Shown here in pieces: positions 8,732 to 18,077 of a DNA stretch of 64,000 bases (position 1 is its first letter; the number at the start of each line of letters is the position of its first letter). The translations under genes and the position numbers were made by a program. The DNA comes from Patescibacteria group bacterium (GTDB lineage Bacteria; Patescibacteriota; Microgenomatia; Levybacterales; GWA1-39-11). The stretch lies in the NCBI GenBank assembly GCA_035549295.1, contig DASZRG010000036.1, forward strand, positions 13,324 through 77,323. The letters are read 5' to 3'. The notes under the pieces are model-generated. The model was given only the letters and a program-made list of their open reading frames with translations. It was not told the DNA's origin and did not search any database.

Positions 8732-9736
8732 ATGGCAAAGAAAGCTTTGATTATCGGTATTTCTTCACAAGATGGATCATATCTTGCTGATCTTCTTCTT
8801 GAAAAGGGGTACGATGTAACAGGAACTGTTCGACATACAACTAATTTTTATCAAGAGAATATTACTCACCTTTATGGAAAAGTAAAAATTGAAGCAGCGG
8901 ATCTTATTGATCTCGAAAGTCTTTCAAGTGTTGTTCGCAAATCAAAACCTGATGAGGTATACAATATCGCAGCCCAAAGCGTACCCGGTGACTCTTGGAC
9001 TCAACCTTTTTACACGGGTGAGGTAACTGCCCTTGGGCCAGTAAGAACACTTGAAGCAGTTCGCCATTTTGCACCTGATGCGCGTTTTTATCAAGCAACC
9101 TCGCGAGAAATATATGGAAATATTGAAGCAGACGCTGCTAATGAAACCACTTTAAGCGATGCCAACAATCCCTACGGTATAGCAAAAGCATATGCCCACA
9201 TGATGGTCCGTTGCTTTCGAGAATCCTACGGCATGTTCGCATGTGGAGGAATACTTTTTAACCACGAATCCCCCAGAAGAAGTCTTCATTTTGTCACGAG
9301 AAAAATTTCAGCTGGTGTTGCGTGTATAAAAAATAAAGTTAAAAATCCTCCTCTCAATGAACTTGGAGAACCTTTGGTCGATGCACAAGGAAAATTACAT
9401 CTTGGAAATCTTTCTGCAACTCGCGACTGGGGGTATGCAAAAGAATATGTCGAAGCCATGTGGCTTATGCTTCAAAATGATAAACCAAAAGATTATGTTA
9501 TAGGAACTAATACCTCATATACAGTTGAGGATGCATGCCGAATCGCATTCGAACATGTTGGACTGAATTACAAAGATCACGTTTACTCAAATGAAAAACT
9601 TCATAGGCCTACAGAAATCAAAGATTTGAAAGGCGACTATTCACTCGCTAAAAAAGAGCTCGGATGGGAACCTAAAACTAGTTTCAAAACACTCATGGAA
9701 TTAATGGTTGATGCTGACCTTGCAAGATTTAAATAA
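8732..9736 (+). CDS. gmd: GDP-mannose 4,6-dehydratase
   Basis: 334 aa with GISSQDGSYLA, ILFNHESPRR and the Gmd C-terminal pattern. Confidence 0.9.
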   Translation: MAKKALIIGISSQDGSYLADLLLEKGYDVTGTVRHTTNFYQENITHLYGKVKIEAADLIDLESLSSVVRKSKPDEVYNIAAQSVPGDSWTQPFYTGEVTALGPVRTLEAVRHFAPDARFYQATSREIYGNIEADAANETTLSDANNPYGIAKAYAHMMVRCFRESYGMFACGGILFNHESPRRSLHFVTRKISAGVACIKNKVKNPPLNELGEPLVDAQGKLHLGNLSATRDWGYAKEYVEAMWLMLQNDKPKDYVIGTNTSYTVEDACRIAFEHVGLNYKDHVYSNEKLHRPTEIKDLKGDYSLAKKELGWEPKTSFKTLMELMVDADLARFK

Positions 9737-9739
9737 GCA

Positions 9740-10699
9740 CTACTTCTGATTTCTCCAGTATTCGAGGGTTTCTTTTAGTGTTTGGTCTATTCCGAATTTT
9801 GTCTCCCATCCAGTCGTTTTTTTCATTTTTGAGTTATCACATAAAAGCTCAGGGACATCAATTGGCCTCATCAGACTTTCATCTTGCCTAATTTCAATTT
9901 TTGTGTCCGTGAAGGACAAAAGCTTATTAAGAACGTCTTCAATTTTATATGACTTCCCAGATCCAATATTGTATACCTCTCCTTCTTCACCTTTTTCCAA
10001 AATTTCGACATATGCAGATACCATATCACGAACATCTGTAAAATCACGCTTCGCAGTTAGATTTCCAACTTTCAAAACCGGCTCCATTTTGCCCTTTTCG
10101 ATGTCTGCAATTTTTTTTGCAAAGGCAGCAACGACAAATTGAGGCGATTGTCGTGGACCGATGTGATTGTATGGTCTAACTCTTATGATCGGAATTTTGT
10201 AAGATAGAAAGTACTGCAAGGCTAAAAAATCTTGGGCTAGCTTTGAAACGGCGTAAGGGTTGTTGGGCATAAGAGGAGCATTTTCATCGGTTGGAATATG
10301 ATCCGCATCTGTTGCCCCATACACTTCTGCCGAGGATACAACTAAAATTTTTGGGTTTATTTTTTGCGAGCGAACCTCCTCCAGTATATTTAAAAGAGAC
10401 GATACGTTACCATTTATATAACTTGCGGGATTTTCGAAACTTTGACCTGGCGATGCGAGTCCTGCAAGATGAAAAATTAAGTCAGGCGAAGATTCACTAA
10501 TAAAATTTTTGACGTCTGGTGAGTTAAGAAGATCTATTTTAGTTAAATTTATTTTGTCGGAAATTGAATCAACATTGATAAGACTATCATCAGTTAAATA
10601 ACTTCCAAAAATTTCAACTTCGGAAGAATTAAGTAAATGCTCTGCCAAAAAACTACCTGCAAAACCAGTAACTCCCGTTATGAGGACCTTCTTCTTCAT
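9740..10699 (-). CDS. rmd: GDP-4-keto-6-deoxy-D-mannose reductase (Rmd-like), producing GDP-D-rhamnose
   Basis: Strong block similarity to Pseudomonas Rmd (NPYAVSKLA, RPYNHIGPRQSPQFVVAAFAKKIADIEKG versus RPFNHIGPGQKDSFVIASAARQIARMKQG). It is convergent with gmd. Confidence 0.7.
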   Translation of the reverse strand: MKKKVLITGVTGFAGSFLAEHLLNSSEVEIFGSYLTDDSLINVDSISDKINLTKIDLLNSPDVKNFISESSPDLIFHLAGLASPGQSFENPASYINGNVSSLLNILEEVRSQKINPKILVVSSAEVYGATDADHIPTDENAPLMPNNPYAVSKLAQDFLALQYFLSYKIPIIRVRPYNHIGPRQSPQFVVAAFAKKIADIEKGKMEPVLKVGNLTAKRDFTDVRDMVSAYVEILEKGEEGEVYNIGSGKSYKIEDVLNKLLSFTDTKIEIRQDESLMRPIDVPELLCDNSKMKKTTGWETKFGIDQTLKETLEYWRNQK

Positions 10700-11994
10700 C
10701 TTCCAACACCAATGTATTCAAAACCTATTTCGCGCATAAAAGTTGGATTATATATGTTTCTAGCATCGATAATTTTGGGGCTTTTCATTTCTGACTTTAC
10801 TTTTTTCATATCGAGCTCACGAAACTCATTCCACTCCGTTAAAACAATCAAAAGATCAATTCCATTGACGACTTCATCGGCGGTATTTTTATAATTAATG
10901 CCATCAATAACTTTTTTTGCTTTTTCCATTGATTCGGGATCATATGCTTTGACACTAGCCCCTTTTTTGACAAGCGCACCAATGATTTCAATAGATGGAG
11001 CAAAACGCATATCGTCAGTGTTTGGCTTAAAAGCAAGACCTAGAACTCCGATTGATTTATCTTTTACCTCACCCAATAACTTTTCTGCTTTACGCACTAT
11101 TGCCTGCTTTGCTTCATTATTAACATTTTCAACCTCTTTAAGTAGCTTGAAATCATAATCGTATCCATGTGCGATTGAGATGAGAGCTTTTACATCTTTT
11201 GGAAAGCAACTTCCCCCATATCCAGGCCCAGGGGCCAGAAAATCTTTACCTATCCGATGATCAAAACCAATACCTGCAAGCGCAGCTAAAGCATCAGCGC
11301 CACATTTTTCTGACAACTGTGCTATTGAATTTGCAAACGAGATTTTTGTTGAAAGAAATGCATTCGCTGCATACTTTATCATTTCCGCTGTTTCAAGATT
11401 TGTAAGAACATAAGGAGCGTTTGTGTTTTGCTGTAAGGGTCTATGTAACTCGATCAGGATCTCTTCTGCCCTCTTTGATTCTGTACCTATTACAATTCTG
11501 TCTGGATTAAGAGTGTCTGAAATCGCCGATCCTTGACGCAAAAACTCAGGACAAGAACCCATATCGAATTCTGCTTTCTCAGGCTTTACTTTTTCAATTA
11601 CCTCTTTGATTTTTTTATTGATTCCAATTGGAACAGTACTTTTCGTAACGACAACTGTGTAACCTGAAAGGTTTTCGCCTATCTTTTTTGCAACTTCAAG
11701 AACTGTTGAAAGATCGGCTTCGCCAGATTCTTTTGGGGGTGTTCCAACTGCTGTAAAAATAATTTCAGCCTCCGGAACAGAATCGTAGTCAAGTGAAAAT
11801 TTTAGTCTCCCAGCGTCGATATTTCTTTTGACTATTTCATCAAGTCCTGGTTCGTAGATGTGTACTTTTCCCTGATTAAGCTTTTCAACTGTCTCAGGTG
11901 TATGACCAATAACTGAAACTGTATTCCCTAAATCTGCAAAAATTGCCGCTGAGACAAGACCTACGTAACCATGCCCTACGAATGTTATTTTCAT
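10696..11994 (-). CDS. ugd: UDP-glucose 6-dehydrogenase
   Basis: It has an N-terminal Rossmann fold (KITFVGHGYVGL) and a GGSCFPKDVKAL active-site Cys. It makes an ATGA overlap with the rmd start. Confidence 0.85.
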   Translation of the reverse strand: MKITFVGHGYVGLVSAAIFADLGNTVSVIGHTPETVEKLNQGKVHIYEPGLDEIVKRNIDAGRLKFSLDYDSVPEAEIIFTAVGTPPKESGEADLSTVLEVAKKIGENLSGYTVVVTKSTVPIGINKKIKEVIEKVKPEKAEFDMGSCPEFLRQGSAISDTLNPDRIVIGTESKRAEEILIELHRPLQQNTNAPYVLTNLETAEMIKYAANAFLSTKISFANSIAQLSEKCGADALAALAGIGFDHRIGKDFLAPGPGYGGSCFPKDVKALISIAHGYDYDFKLLKEVENVNNEAKQAIVRKAEKLLGEVKDKSIGVLGLAFKPNTDDMRFAPSIEIIGALVKKGASVKAYDPESMEKAKKVIDGINYKNTADEVVNGIDLLIVLTEWNEFRELDMKKVKSEMKSPKIIDARNIYNPTFMREIGFEYIGVGR

Positions 11995-12004
11995 AAAATT
12001 ATAT

Positions 12005-12075
12005 TGTCATTCTGAACGTAGTGAAGAATCTTACTTGCCTAAACCCAATATCCTTCGTTCCACTCAGGATGACAT
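12005..12075. repeat. Degenerate family-1 hairpin repeat with TGTCATTCTGAACG / CACTCAGGATGACA inverted ends, between the ugd start and the rmlD-like stop
   Basis: Its ends are 10/14 inverted-complementary and it shares the GTCATTCTGAAC terminus. Confidence 0.6.
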
Positions 12076-12095
12076 TTTCAACCATAATATTATTC

Positions 12096-13025
12096 TCATT
12101 GTTTGATCTTTTTCAAGGCTTCAAAAAAATCGGTCATTTGAAAGCCGAGAGAGACTAGTTTATCATTTTTCATACTTACATTAAAGGGGCGGGCAGCACG
12201 ACCTTTATATAGTTTACCTCGCGTGGTCAATTCAATTTTTGTTTCTGGAATATTATACTCACGAGCTAAAGCGACTCCGATATCTCTTGGTGAGATAAAG
12301 TTATTTCCAACCAAATTAATAATTCCCGAAGTATCTTTGTTTATTAAAAAATCCAAACCATAAGCAATATCATCAATAAATGTTGGCGTAATTGTTTGAT
12401 CTGATACTAGCTCAACGATTTCTTTTGTTCTGAGAAGTTCAACTAAAGTCCAAATCAAATCCCGCTTCAGTGGACTTTTATAGCCAAAGGGGTAAGCTAT
12501 ACGAACTACTAAGTCATGCTCACCCAAAGTTTTTTCGCCCCATAATTTTGTCTGGCCATACCAATCAACTGGAGTTGGAATATCCTCCTCAGAATATGGA
12601 CTTTCTTTTTGTCCGTCAAAAATAAAATCGGTCGAAACATAAATTATTTTTCTGTCATTTTCAGCAACCCAGTCTGATAGGTTTTTCGTACCAACGACAT
12701 TTATTCCAAATGCAGAACTCGAATTTTTCCAGGCCTCCTTGTTTAAGTTTTCAAAATCTATATCTTTTCCTTCAAGCAATTTTGCTTTTTTAAGCTTCTT
12801 TAAATCATTTTCTCTATCATCTTCACATGCATCTACATTCGTCTTGGCTGCAAGATGAACAATAATATCAGGATTTTTATCTGACAAAAATTTGTTTGTT
12901 TTTTTTGCGTCAGTAATATCAATACCGTAAGAAGAAGATAGTGGGATTATCTCGTATTTGCTTTTGAGTAAATCAAAAAAACGCGACCCAACAAGTCCTG
13001 TCGCACCGGTCAGTACTATTTTCAT
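12096..13025 (-). CDS. RmlD-like dTDP-4-dehydro-6-deoxyhexose reductase
   Basis: MKIVLTGATGLVGS and YGQTK (YxxxK) match the RmlD substrate-binding-family layout. It carries a ~30-aa acidic insertion. Confidence 0.55.
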   Translation of the reverse strand: MKIVLTGATGLVGSRFFDLLKSKYEIIPLSSSYGIDITDAKKTNKFLSDKNPDIIVHLAAKTNVDACEDDRENDLKKLKKAKLLEGKDIDFENLNKEAWKNSSSAFGINVVGTKNLSDWVAENDRKIIYVSTDFIFDGQKESPYSEEDIPTPVDWYGQTKLWGEKTLGEHDLVVRIAYPFGYKSPLKRDLIWTLVELLRTKEIVELVSDQTITPTFIDDIAYGLDFLINKDTSGIINLVGNNFISPRDIGVALAREYNIPETKIELTTRGKLYKGRAARPFNVSMKNDKLVSLGFQMTDFFEALKKIKQ

Positions 13026-13085
13026 AAATTAACATACTACATGTGACATTTAACATGTGACCAAATCTCGGACAATTGTCAAATG

Positions 13086-14096
13086 TCAAATGTTTTTATA
13101 TTGTCGTTCATAATATTTCTGGTAATCGCCATTCTTAATATCCTTCCACCATTTTTCATTATTCTTGTACCAATCGACAGTCCTCTCAAGCCACTCATCA
13201 AAGCTATGCTGTGGTTCCCAGCCTAATTCATTTTTTATTTTTGACCAATCGACTGCGTACCTTCTGTCATGACCAGGCCTATCCTTAACATATTCAATAT
13301 TGTCTTCAGACTTTCCTAAAAGTTTTATTATTTTTTTTGCAACTTCAATATTTGGCATATCTTCTGTAAGTCCACCGACAACATAAGTCTCACCGATTTT
13401 TCCGCCTTCTAAAACTTTTTCTATCGCTCGAACATGATCATCCACATACAACCAATCACGAACATATAATCCATCCCCATAAACCGGAATTTTTTTTCCT
13501 TCCAGAAGATTGGTTATGGCAAGAGGAATAATTTTTTCTGGAAATTGATAAGGGCCGAAGTTATTGGAACAATTAGTAATAGTTATTGGAAGTTGGTATG
13601 TGTGATAATAAGCTCTTACTATATGGTCTGAACCGGCTTTACTGGCCGAATATGGACTTCTGGGATCATAAGGTGTTCGTTCACTGAATTTACCCGAATC
13701 AAGCGGAAGAGCTCCAAATACCTCATCGGTTGAGATGTGATGGAAGCGTTTGACGCCAACTTTTTGAGCCGCATCAAGAAGAATTTGCGTCCCTACCACG
13801 TTAGTTGTAAGAAATGGTGCGGGATCATCAATAGACCTATCGACATGAGACTCCGCTGCAAAATGCACGACAGTATCAATACCTTCCATTGCGGAAACTA
13901 CTTGATCGGGAGACGTTATATCCCCGTGAATAAATTTATAGCTTGGATTATTTTCGACAGAGAATAAATTTTCAAGATTCCCCGCGTAAGTAAGCTTATC
14001 GAAGTTTACTACAGTATCATCTGGATGATTTTTTATCCAGTAAAGTATGAAATTACTACCTATAAAACCCGCCCCACCAGTTACAAGTATCTTCAT
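13086..14096 (-). CDS. rmlB: dTDP-glucose 4,6-dehydratase
   Basis: MKILVTGGAGFIGSNF, HFAAESHVDRS and YSASKA are classic RmlB motifs. Confidence 0.9.
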   Translation of the reverse strand: MKILVTGGAGFIGSNFILYWIKNHPDDTVVNFDKLTYAGNLENLFSVENNPSYKFIHGDITSPDQVVSAMEGIDTVVHFAAESHVDRSIDDPAPFLTTNVVGTQILLDAAQKVGVKRFHHISTDEVFGALPLDSGKFSERTPYDPRSPYSASKAGSDHIVRAYYHTYQLPITITNCSNNFGPYQFPEKIIPLAITNLLEGKKIPVYGDGLYVRDWLYVDDHVRAIEKVLEGGKIGETYVVGGLTEDMPNIEVAKKIIKLLGKSEDNIEYVKDRPGHDRRYAVDWSKIKNELGWEPQHSFDEWLERTVDWYKNNEKWWKDIKNGDYQKYYERQYKNI

Positions 14097-14113
14097 AATT
14101 AATATCCAAAAAT

Positions 14114-14141
14114 AGAAATTAGAAATTAGAAATTAGAAATT
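14114..14141. repeat. Microsatellite (AGAAATT)x4
   Basis: Seen directly at 14114-14141 between the rmlB start and the Nudix stop. Confidence 0.8.
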
Positions 14142-14152
14142 TCATTTCAAGA

Positions 14153-14623
14153 TTATCCTATTATAGGCAATTGGAATGGCTGTTTCAAATACTCGAAGTA
14201 TTTAAGGATTGTTTCTCGATGGTCAAATGCGAACTCTTCATCGATTGGCAGTTCGGCTTCTGTAAACCATTTAATTTCAGACACTTCGTGATTTAGAGTG
14301 GGCTCACCACCTATTACTTTACAAACATAAAGAAAGTCTACATTTTGCCTATCTTCTTTTGGCCGCTCAGGATTATCATTTACTCGAAACAAAAAATCAA
14401 TCTTACCTTCGTAACCTGTCTCCTCTTTTAGCTCGCGAAGAGTTCCTTCTTGAGTATTTTCATCTCGATCCAAAAAACCACCAGGAATTGAATATTTTCC
14501 AAATCGATGTTCAACTGCACGCTTTACAAGAAGAATTTGATTTTGATCGTTTACAACGATTGAGCCAACAGTTACATGGCGAAGATTCGCGGGGGTATCG
14601 TTTTCGAATTTACAAGAGATCAT
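14153..14623 (-). CDS. NUDIX hydrolase
   Basis: The Nudix box GGFLDRDENTQEGTLRELKEETGY is present. Its position in the sugar-nucleotide operon suggests a nucleotide-sugar pyrophosphatase. Confidence 0.7.
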   Translation of the reverse strand: MISCKFENDTPANLRHVTVGSIVVNDQNQILLVKRAVEHRFGKYSIPGGFLDRDENTQEGTLRELKEETGYEGKIDFLFRVNDNPERPKEDRQNVDFLYVCKVIGGEPTLNHEVSEIKWFTEAELPIDEEFAFDHRETILKYFEYLKQPFQLPIIG

Positions 14624-15347
14624 TGGTCATTTCACCAGATTTTACTTTTTCAGCAACTAAATTATTAACTCTCAAAAGACTATCTATCGTCCCTGCATCC
14701 TCCCACATTCCCTCAATAACATTCACGTCAAGATCTCCGCTTTCAAGATATTTGTTATGAATATCAACTATCTCTATTTCGCCTCGAGCAGAAGGATTAA
14801 GACTTTTCGCGTAGCTTATAACCTTGTTGTCAAAAATGTAAAAACCAACGACAGCATAATCGCTCTTTGGATGCTCTGGTTTTTCAACGATTGAAATAAC
14901 CTTCATATTTTCATCAAATTCGACGACTCCCGAGCGCTCTGGATCTGGAACTTTTTTTGCAAAAATTCTCCCTCCCGATTTAAACGATGAAACGCTCTCC
15001 GTGAAATCGTGCTCGAATATATTGTCCCCCAAAATCATCGTAACACTGTCATTTCCAATAAAATTCTCACCAATTATAAAAGCGTCGGCCAGACCTCTTG
15101 CTTCAGGTTGAACTTCATAGGTAAAATTTAAACCCCATTCATTCCCCGAACCAAGAAGATTAAGGAAATGCCCTGAGTATTCAGGCGCAACAATAATTAA
15201 GATATCCTTAATTCCGGCTTTGGCCAGAGTATTGATCGGGTAGTAAATCATTGGCTTGTTGTAAACAGGAAGAAGTTGTTTTGAGGTAATCTTAGTCAAT
15301 GGACGCAATCTCGTAGCTTTACCACCAGCAAGTATAATTCCCTTCAT
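14610..15347 (-). CDS. rmlA: Glucose-1-phosphate thymidylyltransferase
   Basis: MKGIILAGGKATRLRPLT. The start was moved to the internal Met at 15347, because the upstream ORF extension lacks homology and the small membrane ORF ends at 15349. Confidence 0.85.
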   Translation of the reverse strand: MKGIILAGGKATRLRPLTKITSKQLLPVYNKPMIYYPINTLAKAGIKDILIIVAPEYSGHFLNLLGSGNEWGLNFTYEVQPEARGLADAFIIGENFIGNDSVTMILGDNIFEHDFTESVSSFKSGGRIFAKKVPDPERSGVVEFDENMKVISIVEKPEHPKSDYAVVGFYIFDNKVISYAKSLNPSARGEIEIVDIHNKYLESGDLDVNVIEGMWEDAGTIDSLLRVNNLVAEKVKSGEMTNDLL

Positions 15348-15348
15348 A

Positions 15349-15612
15349 TTAAAATTTGTTTGTGTTAATAAGCAAAAAGAATGCCATAACAATCAAACTT
15401 ATAAGTATATATTCTATCACAATCTTTTTTTTGAGTGTGTGGTGCATTTTGTGATGCAATATACCCCACACCGCATAGAAACATAAAAGCACCAATAATG
15501 CTGCAACTTGTCGATGGAAATCACCTGATAGAATAAATATTCCATAAAAACCACCTGTTAGAATAAGCAACTCTAACACGTAATAAATTTGATGAGGAAT
15601 TTTTTGTATCAT
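15349..15612 (-). CDS. Small 2-3 TM membrane protein
   Basis: 87 aa and hydrophobic (GGFYGIFILSGDF..., HHKMHH). It sits between the CAP-domain gene and rmlA. Confidence 0.35.
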   Translation of the reverse strand: MIQKIPHQIYYVLELLILTGGFYGIFILSGDFHRQVAALLVLLCFYAVWGILHHKMHHTLKKKIVIEYILISLIVMAFFLLINTNKF

Positions 15613-16508
15613 ACAATAACCCCGCTTGTTTTAAGAACCATAAACAACATAAAAAGCGCGATTAAAATTATGTGGTCAATATTGTGTCCAACTATTCTTG
15701 GAATTTTCTTTCGCTCTATTATTAGCAAATCCATAATTAACGCAAAACAAATAAGGCTTAGCACTACGGTTGTCGTGGCTTTAGAAGCAGATTTAGAATC
15801 GATAAGAGGACGAGACTCAATCACTTTTCCATTTGGAACGCTTGATCCATTAACTTGTGGGGCTGATGCAATATGCACTTGTGGCGCAACTGAGACGTTT
15901 GGAGCTGAGGCAGCCTGGTCTGGAAGTTTTTGGACTGTTGTATCAACAGTTGAACCAAACATTTGAACTACCAAAACTGTATCCTCTCCCTGCAATGTAC
16001 CAGGCACAATCGCAAACCCAATATCTCGATACCTATCAGATAATATATTGTCACGATGAGTCGGTGAATTCATCCAAGCAGTAACGATAGAATTTGCATC
16101 AGTAAAACCCTTTGCCAAATTTTCTCCTGCAAAAACATAATCATAACCCGAATCTTTTATAAACTGCCAAGGAGTTGTCTTGCCATCTGGCGCAAAATGA
16201 GCCCAATAGTCTTTAGCGAACATATCAGCAGCTTTTTTGCTTGCGGCCGCATCAAGTTCTGAATTTATTTTAAGTGGAGGCAAACCGTTGTCTTGTCTTT
16301 GTTGATTTACCAGATTTAAAAGATCATTTTCTGAAATTGAATAAGAAATACCCAAAACTTGAGGATGGGATGATGTAATAGAATGAGTAAACCAAACGGT
16401 TACCGAAAGTGCCAAAAAAATTATCAGAAGACTTGAGTTGTGGAGTATTTTTGATCTGTGATTATTTTTGTGATGAGGAAACAATAAATGCTTTAGAAAA
16501 CGTATCAT
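15609..16508 (-). CDS. CAP/SCP/PR-1 domain protein, membrane anchored
   Basis: YWAHFAPDG...GENLAKG...WMNSPTHRDNIL resembles a YkwD-like CAP domain. It has an N-terminal TM segment and a C-terminal hydrophobic tail. Confidence 0.6.
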   Translation of the reverse strand: MIRFLKHLLFPHHKNNHRSKILHNSSLLIIFLALSVTVWFTHSITSSHPQVLGISYSISENDLLNLVNQQRQDNGLPPLKINSELDAAASKKAADMFAKDYWAHFAPDGKTTPWQFIKDSGYDYVFAGENLAKGFTDANSIVTAWMNSPTHRDNILSDRYRDIGFAIVPGTLQGEDTVLVVQMFGSTVDTTVQKLPDQAASAPNVSVAPQVHIASAPQVNGSSVPNGKVIESRPLIDSKSASKATTTVVLSLICFALIMDLLIIERKKIPRIVGHNIDHIILIALFMLFMVLKTSGVIV

Positions 16509-16554
16509 AGTTTATGATAGCACGAGAGGCAATACGGATATCAAGTGGCATGTG

Positions 16555-16599
16555 GTAGTAAAGTATCAAAGGTATCAAAAGTATCAGAGGTATCACGAG
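16555..16599. repeat. Tandem 9-bp repeat array, (A/G)GTATCA(A/G)AG x4
   Basis: AGTATCAAAGGTATCAAAAGTATCAGAGGTATCACGAG lies in the promoter region of the CAP-domain gene. A near-identical array is at 31021-31058. Confidence 0.8.
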
Positions 16600-16717
16600 C
16601 TAATCTCAATCGTTTAACGCTATAAGGTAAAAAAGTCTGTATCGGTTAAGTTACACGCTTAACGTAACCGAGTAAACGACCCGGGCAGCGTATCTGAAAA
16701 ACTACTTTCGATGGAGA

Positions 16718-16750
16718 TTTCCTAGTATCTAATATCTAGTCTCTAGTTTC
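16718..16750. promoter_or_regulatory. CTAG-rich conserved ~33-bp motif (reverse complement of the copy at 8457-8492)
   Basis: TTTCCTAGTATCTAATATCTAGTCTCTAGTTTC is the reverse complement of GAAACTAGAGACTAGATATTAGATACTAGGAAA at 8457. Confidence 0.7.
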
Positions 16751-16757
16751 TCGCATG

Positions 16758-17069
16758 CTAATACTCTGGCAGTACTAGATCTCCCAGGTTTTTTTCATTC
16801 ACTTTTATACCCAATGCAAAGGATAGGGCGTTTGCAATTGCAATTCCTACTCGAAGTCCAGTAAAAGATCCGTCACTGCTCTCTACAAATATCTCATTTA
16901 TCTCATTAGCTTTTATTTTAGCTTTTTGCAAAACTTTTTGAATCAAAGGCAATGCAGCCTGGAACTTCTGTTCATATGCAGTCGAACTTTCAACGTACTC
17001 GCGACCACCACAACTTAGGCGAATTACAATCTTTTTGTTATCTCTGGTGTCTATAAATAGTTTGTTCAT
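16758..17069 (-). CDS. tsaB: tRNA t6A37 biosynthesis protein TsaB (YeaZ), short form
   Basis: SSDGSFTGLRVGIAIANAL matches the TsaB GSFTGLRIG motif. The protein is only 103 aa, so it is the N-terminal domain only. Confidence 0.6.
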   Translation of the reverse strand: MNKLFIDTRDNKKIVIRLSCGGREYVESSTAYEQKFQAALPLIQKVLQKAKIKANEINEIFVESSDGSFTGLRVGIAIANALSFALGIKVNEKNLGDLVLPEY

Positions 17070-17644
17070 ATTTTTACATCAACTGCCCCACGTCTCAAAA
17101 TTTTGGGTATTTTTGTTGAACAGTCAACAACAGTAGATGCTTTTTTTAAGCTGCATCTTCCCGACATGACAAAATCAACAATAGAAATTAATTCAGGACT
17201 AAGATCAGAATACGTATAAGGCGTATTTTCTCCAGAAAAATTTGCAGATGGTGCTAGGATAGGAACACCAATACCTCGTATCAGTTCTATCGTTGTTGTA
17301 TGTCCAGGCATTCTGACACCGATTGTATCACCACCACCTCTAACAAATTCCGGAATGAGTTCTTTTTTGCATGGAATAACTATTGTTAATCCGCCCGGCC
17401 AATAGCTTTTCATCAGTTTATATGCTTTCGAATTTATGCTTTCAGCAAATCTTTCAGCCATTTCAACTGATGAAACTAAAACAGGAACTGCTTTTTCAGG
17501 CGATCTGCGTCGAATTTTAAAAAGTTTTTTGACAGCGCGATCATCGTCAATTCGACAACCTATCCCAAATGCTGTATCTGTTGGAAAGATAATGATGCCA
17601 CCTTCTTTGGCAACTTTTATTGCTTTTTTTAAATTTTTATTCAT
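17066..17644 (-). CDS. tsaC: L-threonylcarbamoyladenylate synthase TsaC/YrdC
   Basis: IIIFPTDTAFGIGC and APSANFSG are YrdC/Sua5 signatures. The start was set at the internal Met (MNKNLKK) to avoid a 50-nt overlap with tsaE. Confidence 0.8.
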   Translation of the reverse strand: MNKNLKKAIKVAKEGGIIIFPTDTAFGIGCRIDDDRAVKKLFKIRRRSPEKAVPVLVSSVEMAERFAESINSKAYKLMKSYWPGGLTIVIPCKKELIPEFVRGGGDTIGVRMPGHTTTIELIRGIGVPILAPSANFSGENTPYTYSDLSPELISIVDFVMSGRCSLKKASTVVDCSTKIPKILRRGAVDVKI

Positions 17645-18077
17645 TTTTTGTAATTTGTATAAGCCTTTTGTTTTCACCAGAGTCATTTATATCAACGTTC
17701 CAATTTGAGACTAAATTTTCGTGTTTTTCGCCCCATTCAATAAGAAAAATGCCTGTAACATCTTCGAAAATATCATCAAGTCCAAGTGAATTTATATCCG
17801 ATACCCCTTCCATTCGATATAAATCAATATGATATAAATTGATTTTTTTTATACCAATTTTACCTCTATGTCTTCGAACCAAAACAAAAGTTGGCGAAAT
17901 AATTCTGCTTTTTATTGAAAGCGATTTAGCAACCCCCTGAACAAAAGTGGTTTTTCCGGCACCAAGTTGTCCATTAAGAATTACTAAATTGCCAGGGGCT
18001 AATTTTTTTCCAAAATTAAATCCTACCTCCTCAGTCTCGCGTGCTGAGGCAGTTACAAATTTTTGTTTTTCTTCCAT
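17637..18077 (-). CDS. tsaE: tRNA t6A37 ATPase TsaE (YjeE)
   Basis: The P-loop LNGQLGAGKTTF and the TsaE-typical ~147-aa length. The start was taken at MEEKQKF. Confidence 0.75.
   Translation of the reverse strand: MEEKQKFVTASARETEEVGFNFGKKLAPGNLVILNGQLGAGKTTFVQGVAKSLSIKSRIISPTFVLVRRHRGKIGIKKINLYHIDLYRMEGVSDINSLGLDDIFEDVTGIFLIEWGEKHENLVSNWNVDINDSGENKRLIQITKNE

Noticed and set aside
16555-16599. Possible CRISPR array (short tandem repeats)
   Set aside because: The units are 9 bp with no unique spacers and only four copies. There is no CRISPR-like repeat or spacer periodicity anywhere in the window.
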